From a virus (Duplodnaviria; Caudoviricetes): DNA of 55,284 nt. Positions 47,809 through 55,284 of this stretch are shown piece after piece. Position 1 is the stretch's first letter; every line of letters starts with the position of its first letter. Made by a program: the position numbers and the translations under genes. The notes beneath the pieces were generated by a model that worked only from the letters and a program-made list of their open reading frames with translations, was not told where the DNA came from and searched no databases. The DNA lies in IMG/VR virus record IMGVR_UViG_3300037440_000124, positions 1-55,284 of that record; one strand, given 5' to 3'.

Positions 47809-48102
47809 CTAACACCCCGCCTTCGCCTTCAACTCCCGCCGCGCCTCAGTTCCACAAAGATAGTGATTAGGAATTTCGGTACACAGGATGACAAACTCCC
47901 GGTCGAGGGCCTGACAGAGCCAGCCCGGGGAACCGCTGCTGGCAGCCTGATTCACCAGATCGAAAATACGGTCGACGCGCAGTTCGGACTTCAGTTCACT
48001 GACCGTGCTGGCCGGGGCATAGCGAATATCGGCGCCGATTGCGGCCCCGCCAATGACCCCGATGGCGGTAACGTATTTGGCGGCTGTAAGTAGATCGATC
48101 AT
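47809..48102 (-). CDS. Hypothetical membrane-anchored protein
   Basis: N-terminal hydrophobic segment; last gene of the late strand. Confidence 0.5.
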   Translation of the reverse strand: MIDLLTAAKYVTAIGVIGGAAIGADIRYAPASTVSELKSELRVDRIFDLVNQAASSGSPGWLCQALDREFVILCTEIPNHYLCGTEARRELKAKAGC

Positions 48103-48115
48103 GTATAATCCTGAT

Positions 48116-48345
48116 TGACGGTGCGGCGTGGAAAGCATCAGGGCAGGACGGACCGAAGCGGGCAACAAAATCCGCCTAGCGCCTACCACCACCTAATGTA
48201 ACGCAGACACGCATCTCGCTAAGTAGACCGTGGCGTGGGCTGGGGGAACCTTCAACGGCCGCCCTCACTGAGGTTCGACTCCTCTCGGAACGAACGGCGA
48301 GAAACCGAAGGCCAAGGAAGCCGGAATAGCGCCCGGCCACCGTCA
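48116..48345 (+). ncRNA. Structured phage ncRNA, copy 2 (expanded)
   Basis: Closing stem TGACGGTG/CACCGTCA; CGGCGTGGAAAGC...GCAGACACGC and AGCCGGAATAGCGCCCGGC as in copy 1; TATAAT at 48104-48109. Confidence 0.6.
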
Positions 48346-48600
48346 TTATTCCAGCACCCTAACCGCCTCCAACCTCCCGTTGACCGTCTCGAGTGCCGCC
48401 CTGTCGATGCTCCACAGGTGTATTGCCTGACCATACGTCAGCCCTTCCGGAATTTCGGCAGGCGCTTCCGTAACCAGCAGATCGGCGGGGACAGGTATCC
48501 TTTCAAACCGGACAACCTCGACAGGGACGGGGACCTCGACGAGCGTTTCATGAGCGCAGGCCCCAGAAAGGATTGGTATAATAAGCAATAGACATTTCAT
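48346..48600 (-). CDS. o-spanin (Rz1-like lipoprotein)
   Basis: Lipobox LSGAC; Pro-rich VPVPV..PVPADLL; C-terminal NGRLEAVR. Confidence 0.75.
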   Translation of the reverse strand: MKCLLLIIPILSGACAHETLVEVPVPVEVVRFERIPVPADLLVTEAPAEIPEGLTYGQAIHLWSIDRAALETVNGRLEAVRVLE

Positions 48601-49174
48601 GGAACATCCAATGATTTGTGATGCCTGCAAAAAAGAATCGCCTCGATTGATCAATGAGAGTCTGTGCCGCGCGTGCAATTTACGCTTGTCTCGAAAAGGC
48701 ACTACCGATTACGCTAGGTTTGGATCTCCTATCGGAGGTATCACAGTCGAAAGACGTTTCTTTGATAAAGTCAAGAAAACCGACAATTGCTGGATATGGA
48801 CTGCTTCCGTCAATAAGCAGGGGTACGGCGCATTATCTATTGGTAAAAAACAGATCAGGGCCCACCGAGTGTCATACATGTTATTCAAAGGACAAATCCC
48901 GGATGGGATGCATGTATGTCATTCTTGCGACAATCCATCGTGTGTCAATCCAGATCATCTATGGATTGGCACTCCCAAGGATAATGCCAAAGATTGTTTG
49001 ATGAAAAATCGCTTCCCGATTGGCCAAAGAGCCGGGCGCGCAAAGCTAACAGAACATGAAGTGATTATGATAAGGCGCGCTACCATAGTCGGTAAAGCAA
49101 TAGCGAAAAAGTACAACATAAGCTTAGAACAGGTGTACAACATACGGCAGCGTCGTAGCTGGAAACACGTCTAG
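48599..49174 (+). CDS. HNH homing endonuclease inserted between the spanin genes
   Basis: CWIWT..GYG..RAHRVSY..VCHSCDNPSCVNPDHL..GT..DN. Confidence 0.9.
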   Translation: MEHPMICDACKKESPRLINESLCRACNLRLSRKGTTDYARFGSPIGGITVERRFFDKVKKTDNCWIWTASVNKQGYGALSIGKKQIRAHRVSYMLFKGQIPDGMHVCHSCDNPSCVNPDHLWIGTPKDNAKDCLMKNRFPIGQRAGRAKLTEHEVIMIRRATIVGKAIAKKYNISLEQVYNIRQRRSWKHV

Positions 49175-49560
49175 TTTCTCAAGCTGTCTATAACATTAAT
49201 CGGAATTGTCATTTCTAAGCACCTGTCCGAACTGGCCGAATCCCGGATTACCGTTTTTACTCGCTCTGGCCTGGATTCGGCCGCCAGGCGCGCACGGTCT
49301 GCGATTTCCCGCGCGTTCCGTTCCGAGGTGATCTGGGCTTCCTTCTGGGCCAGACGGGCCTCAAATGCCGCTTGTGAGACCTCACGGGCGACCTTCTGGG
49401 CTTGGGCCGCAGACGCCTGTACCGCGGTATTGCACGCCTCCCGCTGGCTGGCAAGGTCCTCTTTGACGTTGATCCATGCCCAAAACAACAAAGCGGCTAA
49501 CAAGTAGCCGCCGATGGTTGCCCAAGCGTGGAAGGACCTAAGTATCGCTAGCGTCGGCAT
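49171..49560 (-). CDS. i-spanin (Rz-like)
   Basis: N-terminal TM helix, coiled coil, C-terminal Cys; in the lysis module. Confidence 0.7.
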   Translation of the reverse strand: MPTLAILRSFHAWATIGGYLLAALLFWAWINVKEDLASQREACNTAVQASAAQAQKVAREVSQAAFEARLAQKEAQITSERNAREIADRARLAAESRPERVKTVIRDSASSDRCLEMTIPINVIDSLRN

Positions 49561-49745
49561 GGGCCAAAGTATCCAGCCACCTGATCCGCTTGGCGACCTC
49601 CTTCCCGATCTGCTTCGAGTTCAGGTCGTCCGGTGGCGTGTACGTGATCTGCATTTCGTCGGTGCTTTCTGTCGCGGTCAGGACGCCGCCACCGGTTCCC
49701 TTGGAGCTGATGATAATCGTGATATGACTCACGTTTTTCTCCTTG

Positions 49746-50036
49746 TCAGTGATCCGAAACCGGGATGCCCCGGCGGACCAATTCTACCTTCATATCGGAT
49801 ACCCGTTCCTGCAGGACACGGGACTCTCGCTCAGACAGGGCCAGTTGCCCGTTCAGGTCATCAAATCGTTGCAGGGTAATGATCACCGTCATGATGGACA
49901 CCGCCAAGGCGATCCCGGCCAGAAGGCTGGTGAGCATTAACCATGGGATGAGCCTACTTGTCTCGACGATCGTCGCGTGCGCGATCCCGCTCCCTCTCGA
50001 CTGCGGTGAGACGTCGGTCGATGTCTGTGTGCTCAT
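49746..50036 (-). CDS. Single-TM coiled-coil protein (lysis module)
   Basis: Hydrophobic helix followed by a coiled coil. Confidence 0.5.
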   Translation of the reverse strand: MSTQTSTDVSPQSRGSGIAHATIVETSRLIPWLMLTSLLAGIALAVSIMTVIITLQRFDDLNGQLALSERESRVLQERVSDMKVELVRRGIPVSDH

Positions 50037-50220
50037 AATTCGATGCCTGAATGTGAAGGCTCTGGATCGTGTTTGCTTGTTGTAATTCGTCTTTCATTCC
50101 GAACACGAGAACGACCAAGCCGATAATCCCCGCTACTGCCAACGGAGCGCAGATGGCAAGTATCCACTGGAGGATGACATTCACTCTGCCATTGTCGACA
50201 ATCGTCTGTCCGCTCGCCAT
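49954..50220 (-). CDS. Single-TM coiled-coil protein (lysis module)
   Basis: Hydrophobic helix followed by DRRLTAVE. Confidence 0.5.
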   Translation of the reverse strand: MASGQTIVDNGRVNVILQWILAICAPLAVAGIIGLVVLVFGMKDELQQANTIQSLHIQASNYEHTDIDRRLTAVERERDRARDDRRDK

Positions 50221-50248
50221 CCGTTAGCCTCGAAAGGGAAATGATTCC

Positions 50249-50443
50249 CTAAGCTGCGTCGTCAGGGTTTTTGTTAGCCAGCTTTTTGTCTAACACGTCT
50301 TGCGTACCAAACACGCCCAGCAGCAGAGTCGCGAACATAGTGTACTCGCCAAGATCGGTACCGTCCCTGATAAATGCCAGTGCCGTACCTGCGCCCCACA
50401 ACAAAATAGACAGAGCGAACTTTTTACGGAACATTTCCCTCAT
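50249..50443 (-). CDS. Putative holin (2 TM)
   Basis: Two hydrophobic helices, charged C-terminus, M-R-E-M dual-start-like N-terminus; downstream of the endolysin. Confidence 0.5.
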   Translation of the reverse strand: MREMFRKKFALSILLWGAGTALAFIRDGTDLGEYTMFATLLLGVFGTQDVLDKKLANKNPDDAA

Positions 50444-50468
50444 TTCAAATTCTCCTGAAACGTGGACT

Positions 50469-50780
50469 TCATTTCTCGAACTTGCCCTTGACGATCTCAT
50501 AAACACGCTGAATCTCGTGATCGCGAAAGTCGTGCCACCGATCACGCAGCTTCCCTACTTCCTGATGTACCTCAGCGATGCGGCTTTCGTGGTTCGCCAT
50601 CTGGTGCAATTCTCGCGCGTGGCTGTCCAGTCGCTTCTCGACTACGGCACGCCATTCCTTACGGGCCTCTTCTCGCTCGTCGTACTTAGACTGGAATCTC
50701 TCGAACCTCAGCCACGACGCGACCAGTCCGGCAATACCGCCGACGACCAGCGCGACGAAGATCTGAATTGCGATATCCAC
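50469..50780 (-). CDS. Single-TM coiled-coil protein (holin/antiholin-like)
   Basis: N-terminal TM followed by a coiled coil; adjacent to the endolysin. Confidence 0.45.
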   Translation of the reverse strand: MDIAIQIFVALVVGGIAGLVASWLRFERFQSKYDEREEARKEWRAVVEKRLDSHARELHQMANHESRIAEVHQEVGKLRDRWHDFRDHEIQRVYEIVKGKFEK

Positions 50781-50787
50781 ATTTACG

Positions 50788-51132
50788 CTACTTCCTGCCG
50801 TCGAAACTTATGGAGTAGTGATTACCATCCGGCCTGGAGAAATCACCACCCCATGCGCAATCCTCGTGAAGTGATTTCCAGAACTCCCCGAACGGTCGAT
50901 GGTCTTCCGACTCAGTCAGGAAAACCCCATCCTTGAACAGGTTCAGGTCCGCGGCCAGCTTATCCAGGTGCAGCGAGTTTGAAATGCCAGCACCTGATGC
51001 GGCATTCGCTTCGGCTTGTGCTTTAGTCCGAAGCACCTCCCCCATTCTCACCTTGTAGCCACGGCCATAGATGAACAGGATCAGCTCGGCCAGCAGGTAG
51101 GTGAACAGCTCTTGCCTTTCTCCCAAGCTCAT
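50788..51132 (-). CDS. Endolysin, peptidase M15 family
   Basis: SLHLDKLAADL, WGGDF and DGNHYS zinc-peptidase motifs. Confidence 0.9.
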   Translation of the reverse strand: MSLGERQELFTYLLAELILFIYGRGYKVRMGEVLRTKAQAEANAASGAGISNSLHLDKLAADLNLFKDGVFLTESEDHRPFGEFWKSLHEDCAWGGDFSRPDGNHYSISFDGRK

Positions 51133-52907
51133 CTGACCAACACCCTCGCGCGTCCATCTGGATCAACGCCGACAATAACCCCGAGTGCCTGTCGTTCTTC
51201 TTTACGCGAAAGGTCATCTCCGGATATGGCAACAGCTGAGATTCGACTTTTGTAGTTTATGGGAACGAGGTATTTCCCGATGTCGTCAGAAGACGCCTTG
51301 ACGTTTGCCGGGACTTGTCCGCACAAAGCCATGCGATCCCACTTGACGCGCTCCTGCTCTATTGCTACATCGAATGCGTCTTTTGCCTGACTCCACGCCG
51401 CGTGCTCGCTCTCCCATGCTGCGTGCTTCTCCTGATGCTTCAGAAGACGTCCAGCCTTTCCGGTGCGCGGCTGCCGAGGCTCTCTTGGCTTATCTCCAGG
51501 AACCGCTACACCGTAGGCAGATGCAATATTGTCTGCCGATCCCCATCGGTCGTTGCCGACAAGGTTTGGACTGGTGCTCTTGATCAGGAACGGACCGATT
51601 ACATCGTCGAATACGTCAGTGAGCAGTCCGTCTGCAGCTAGTCCAAGGATGTCGCCCTTGGTCGCTATCAGCCCAGGTTTGACCTGAAAGTATTCAGCGT
51701 AGTCAGCGCCCGCTGCATTGATGGTGCCGCCGGCGTTGATAGACCGACCGGTGGTAACCATCGTTCCGACCTTGGCGCAGGCATTAGCTACGTTAGGGTC
51801 AAAGGCACCGGCACCACGGGAGTATATGACAGTTGATATTGCACCAGAGATACGACTGGAGCAGCGTAAAATTTCCTCACCACCACCCGCCGAATCCGCT
51901 TGGCCGCTGATCTCGGTATATGCGCGAATGTTTAGCTTGTTGGAATCCCCTGTCCCCGGAAAATCGGCCCGCATAAGCGGTTCTTCTGTCTCGTCGTTTT
52001 GTAGGACGAACTTGTCATCGTCTCCGTCTGTGTCCGTAGCACCGGCGCCGTGTCCGATCATTACACATCGTTCACCGATGACGTGCTCTGCTCCGGCCCT
52101 CTCACCAAGATAAACGTTATTGTCCCCCTCCTGGTGCCATACGCCAGCATGGCGACCAAGAGCGGTGTTACTGTTCCCGAATACGTTATCTCTTAACGTC
52201 TCGTATCCGCACCCGGTGTTTGCATCGCATTCGTAAGCCAGCCCGATTGCTCTATATCCTATGGCGGTGTTGTGAACTCCCTTGATCAGCTCTACCAGAC
52301 TGTCTCGGCCAACTCCTACGTTTCGCTCGACGTCTGTGATGCCTGTAGCTGCTGTTACCGCCGCAATAGAATCTTTAACACCTGCGTTTCGCGTCTCTAT
52401 ACCGAATACGTCCCATGCGCCGTCTGTCGGCAACACCGGCCACCAGAAGTCGTGGAACATCCCGGCAAGGTTAGCCGGGTCTTGTCCAAGCCATTGCATT
52501 GACAGCGTACCAATCGCCGTATTGCGACTGGAAAATCTGGCCCAGCGCATTGCGCCCTGACCGATTGCCTCGGTACGTTCCGCGAAATCAGGCTGAGTTA
52601 GAGCAAGCGAACCAACGACTGTGTTGCGGACAAAATCCGCGTCAAATTGCGTATACGTACCTGGCCCAAATATCGCATTCCCATGACCCGAACCAGCCGG
52701 GAATGATGTATATAGCCAATCATTTCCGAATGTATTCGGAGGTGAGAAAAACATCGAAGATGAATTTACGCTTACTGTCTGATAATGCGATTCCAGAATG
52801 TCCCCAACTGTCGTGCGCCGCGAATTTCCGGCCTGCACGATCTCCACCGACTCCGTACGATCCAGGGCGCCGGCGGACGTGAGCTCGCTGATCTTCCTTA
52901 GTGCCAC
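51129..52907 (-). CDS. Tail fibre/spike with C-terminal Peptidase G2-like intramolecular chaperone
   Basis: NTAIG/NTALG beta-roll repeats; GADYAEYF motif; C-terminal WDRMALCGQVP..RARVLVR. Confidence 0.8.
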   Translation of the reverse strand: MALRKISELTSAGALDRTESVEIVQAGNSRRTTVGDILESHYQTVSVNSSSMFFSPPNTFGNDWLYTSFPAGSGHGNAIFGPGTYTQFDADFVRNTVVGSLALTQPDFAERTEAIGQGAMRWARFSSRNTAIGTLSMQWLGQDPANLAGMFHDFWWPVLPTDGAWDVFGIETRNAGVKDSIAAVTAATGITDVERNVGVGRDSLVELIKGVHNTAIGYRAIGLAYECDANTGCGYETLRDNVFGNSNTALGRHAGVWHQEGDNNVYLGERAGAEHVIGERCVMIGHGAGATDTDGDDDKFVLQNDETEEPLMRADFPGTGDSNKLNIRAYTEISGQADSAGGGEEILRCSSRISGAISTVIYSRGAGAFDPNVANACAKVGTMVTTGRSINAGGTINAAGADYAEYFQVKPGLIATKGDILGLAADGLLTDVFDDVIGPFLIKSTSPNLVGNDRWGSADNIASAYGVAVPGDKPREPRQPRTGKAGRLLKHQEKHAAWESEHAAWSQAKDAFDVAIEQERVKWDRMALCGQVPANVKASSDDIGKYLVPINYKSRISAVAISGDDLSRKEERQALGVIVGVDPDGRARVLVR

Positions 52908-52910
52908 AAA

Positions 52911-53078
52911 TTACTCCAACACCCTGCTGTCACCGTCCTCTGTGATGCGCAAATCGGACTCCTCCGTGATGCGCAAGATGATCGCGGTACGTCTTTGCGA
53001 AACCAAAACGTTGCCGTCCAGGGTCACCATCAGCAAATTGCCTGCGGTAATGACCCTTAAGTCATCTGAATCCGGCAT
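52911..53078 (-). CDS. Small 55-aa protein with repeated RITE(E/D) motifs (tail-fibre associated)
   Basis: MPDSDDLRV...LRITEESDLRITEDGDSRVLE; below the ORF-track length cutoff. Confidence 0.55.
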   Translation of the reverse strand: MPDSDDLRVITAGNLLMVTLDGNVLVSQRRTAIILRITEESDLRITEDGDSRVLE

Positions 53079-53213
53079 TGGTAGCTCTTATGTGAAATAG
53101 GTCCGCGACAGTGCTGGCCTGGTTGGCTATACTGACCCCGGAAATAACGAAGCCCGGAGCCGTTAGAGCGGCAACCGGGCTTCTCCCCACACCGCTTCTA
53201 CTAGGAGAACGAT

Positions 53214-53606
53214 ATGGATAAAATCATAATAGCGCTTCTCGCTGCCCTTTTCTCTGGGTGTGCATCGATGTCACCGTCAGAGCGCGCATGGCAAACGCTA
53301 CATGTATTGGACGTTGCACAAACACTAAATACTGCTGGCAGTAACGACCCGTGCTGGCGAGAATACGGAATACCGACCAAATATTTGATCGGAGAAAAGC
53401 CCGACCCAGAAGCGGTGATTGCGTGGGGAGTAGGCTTATCAATACTTCACTACTACGCGGACAGATGGCTTGAACGATCAGATTTCTCAGGCGGCCTTAA
53501 GACCGCGATACGCTCAATAAACCTGACCGGCAAGGGCTTCACTGTCGTGAAGAATCACACCGAGGGTGCCAGACCATTCGGCGACAATGCGCGTTCATGT
53601 ATCTAG
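53214..53606 (+). CDS. Moron-type lipoprotein (possible superinfection exclusion)
   Basis: Lipobox FSGC; AGGAG RBS; upstream GCGACA-17 nt-TATACT; antisense to the tail genes. Confidence 0.65.
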   Translation: MDKIIIALLAALFSGCASMSPSERAWQTLHVLDVAQTLNTAGSNDPCWREYGIPTKYLIGEKPDPEAVIAWGVGLSILHYYADRWLERSDFSGGLKTAIRSINLTGKGFTVVKNHTEGARPFGDNARSCI

Positions 53607-54017
53607 GTCTTTGCGCAAGTCAGCAATCTCTTGCTCGATGTCTTTAAGTCTATTCCGCGCTTCCTCGTTACTTGGATCTATGGCCATCTCACGTTGCGGA
53701 CGAAGCTGATCGGATTCAAGTTCGGCGATTCGTGCTCGGGCTTCGCGGGACTTGCGCCGACGTCCGGCAACGTCCGGTTTCAGCGTCCAGCGCTTGCGGT
53801 CGTCGCTCCACTCGTGGTCGTCGTCGGGTTGCGGCGGTTGCCAGTCGATCACTTCTCCGGTCTCGACGTCGACGCGCTGCGACAGCTCGTCATAGCGGCC
53901 TTCTATCGTGGCGAATCCCTGCGGTGTATTCAGTTCAAGCCACTTTGCGGAACAGCTTATGGTGCGCCCAGTGAACATCCCGGTGTTCGGATCGTAAACG
54001 GAATAGTGGCGGTTCAT
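53595..54017 (-). CDS. Tail-fibre-assembly-like hypothetical protein
   Basis: PPQPDDDHEW....W followed by a coiled coil; downstream of the tail tip gene. Confidence 0.55.
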   Translation of the reverse strand: MNRHYSVYDPNTGMFTGRTISCSAKWLELNTPQGFATIEGRYDELSQRVDVETGEVIDWQPPQPDDDHEWSDDRKRWTLKPDVAGRRRKSREARARIAELESDQLRPQREMAIDPSNEEARNRLKDIEQEIADLRKDLDT

Positions 54018-55284
54018 TTCTTGATCACCTCCGCGCGCATGGTGATGTTTTTGAAAGTGACGGTCGGTGTGGCTTCGTCCGCCGCGATCCAGCCCAGGTC
54101 ATAGGTATACGAAGTGCCGGACGTCCGCGCGATCTCCGCAGTCAACGCCAGCCGCTCGCCGGGGGTGGCGGTCGCAACGATAGTGCGGCTTGAGTAGACA
54201 GTTACTTCGCCGGTGACCTGCAGGGAAACGGCAAGGTCCGCTGCCCCTATGCCCTTCCAGACGTCACAGGTAACAGTGAGCTGAACAACGTGGTCGACGT
54301 TGACCGACGGCACAGTGATGTCGATGGCCGTGCCCTGGAACCCGGTAGGCGTATGGCTTGCCAGCGTCTCGGAATACACCTCCGTCGCCGCCTCGTCCTC
54401 GATACGGTCGGTGTCGACTTGTCCACTCGCCTCGCCTATATCGATGTCTGCGTTCTTCGGGATGATGGTCATATACGCGCCGTCAGCCTGAAGTTTCGGT
54501 CCTGTACTGTCTCTGATTACAAACTCGAAATCAGCAATCACGGCATTTGCAGGGGCGGTCGCAATCACGCGCGACAACGCATAACTAATGCCAGTGATAA
54601 CGTCGCCATCTGGCGAACTGATCAGTGACCCGGCAGAGTCGCGAAACACGATCTGAACGTGAGTATTCGCGGAGCCAACTCCGTTACGTTGCACGAAGCC
54701 CTGCGCTAATAGCCGATCCCCCTCCTGAACCTGTATTCTGGCTTCATTCCTGATCCTGTAAACCCCGCTGTCAGCAGGGACGCCTTCCAGGTGATAGGTA
54801 CCAAAATGCGGCTCATTCGTTTCAACGCTCCAGACGTCTCCTCCTTGAACTTCTGTCCAACCGTCCAACGTGCCAGTTTCAAAGCTTGGATTTATTAAGT
54901 GAGATACCAAATCTTTCAGAGACATAACCAGAAATGGTACATTGGCCTGCACCAATTCTGGCGCTGCCGCAATTTCAGTTTCCTCGGCATTCCATGCGTA
55001 CAGGGATGCGGGACCGGCTTCTAACGTCAGGTCGACCGCAAGACCGACTTTATCTTCGCCGGTTTGTACTGGCGTCAACTGCACGTCGATGACGCGCATG
55101 GCCTGCGTCGTCAGACCGAATGCGGCATGGGTGACGTTGATGGTCTCGCCTGGTACCGCACGATAACCGTATAGCGACGTCGTACAGGTGATCTGCTTGC
55201 CGGCCGCCTCCTTCTCGAGCAGCAGCTTCGCACACCGCTGCGCCTGCGGTGAGTTGTTTACCAGCGCGAAATCTACGGCGAACA
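54014..55284 (-). CDS. Tail tip protein, C-terminal part (continuation of 1..1305), with carbohydrate-binding-like domain
   Basis: In frame with 1..1305; LINPSFETGTLDGW (CBM4/9-like). Confidence 0.78.
   Translation of the reverse strand, partial: FAVDFALVNNSPQAQRCAKLLLEKEAAGKQITCTTSLYGYRAVPGETINVTHAAFGLTTQAMRVIDVQLTPVQTGEDKVGLAVDLTLEAGPASLYAWNAEETEIAAAPELVQANVPFLVMSLKDLVSHLINPSFETGTLDGWTEVQGGDVWSVETNEPHFGTYHLEGVPADSGVYRIRNEARIQVQEGDRLLAQGFVQRNGVGSANTHVQIVFRDSAGSLISSPDGDVITGISYALSRVIATAPANAVIADFEFVIRDSTGPKLQADGAYMTIIPKNADIDIGEASGQVDTDRIEDEAATEVYSETLASHTPTGFQGTAIDITVPSVNVDHVVQLTVTCDVWKGIGAADLAVSLQVTGEVTVYSSRTIVATATPGERLALTAEIARTSGTSYTYDLGWIAADEATPTVTFKNITMRAEVIKK

Larger units (their letters stand above)
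38020..47812 (+). other. Early region of many short, tightly packed plus-strand hypothetical genes
   Basis: Chains of ATGA/GTGA overlaps; many small Cys-rich ORFs that cannot be assigned individually. Confidence 0.7.

Noticed and set aside
48268-48286. tRNA gene (GGTTCGACTCC T-loop)
   Set aside because: I could not build a cloverleaf with acceptor stem and anticodon arm; treated as part of the larger structured RNA.
55223-55284. Biological terminal repeat or att site
   Set aside because: It falls inside the tail tip CDS and is best explained as assembler overlap; HNH-TerS-TerL order suggests cos ends elsewhere.

Overview
This window is an apparently complete, circularly permuted genome (~55.2 kb; bases 1-62 = 55223-55284) of a tailed dsDNA phage with an HK97-type head and a long non-contractile tail. 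Rz/Rz1-like spanins suggest a Gram-negative host. The minus strand carries Q-like antiterminator, accessory virion or secreted proteins, HNH-TerS-TerL, portal, protease, capsid, a glycosyl/methyltransferase cluster, head-tail and tail genes (G/GT frameshift, tape measure, origin-spanning tail tip), tail fibre and lysis genes. A CI/Cro-like switch sits at ~37.2-38.0 kb, followed by a plus-strand early region. I found no integrase or DNA polymerase. The standout is a self-contained cassette at 11370-13150 inserted into the late operon. It has its own promoter and operator, a Cas7/RAMP-like protein, an accessory protein, a 410-bp non-coding array and an Aca2-like HTH gene. The array is six units of alternating GGY/NN with 5-nt periodicity, delimited by GGCAGAY. 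Reading the NN dinucleotides as codon positions 1+2 (skipping the wobble base) gives peptides resembling conserved motifs of HK97-family major capsid proteins (4 units), the neighbouring MptE/GT-like gene (1 unit) and possibly a tail tube protein (1 unit). None matches this phage's own sequence perfectly. This suggests a gapped-code RNA-guided system aimed at competing phages. All assignments were made by eye, without database searches.
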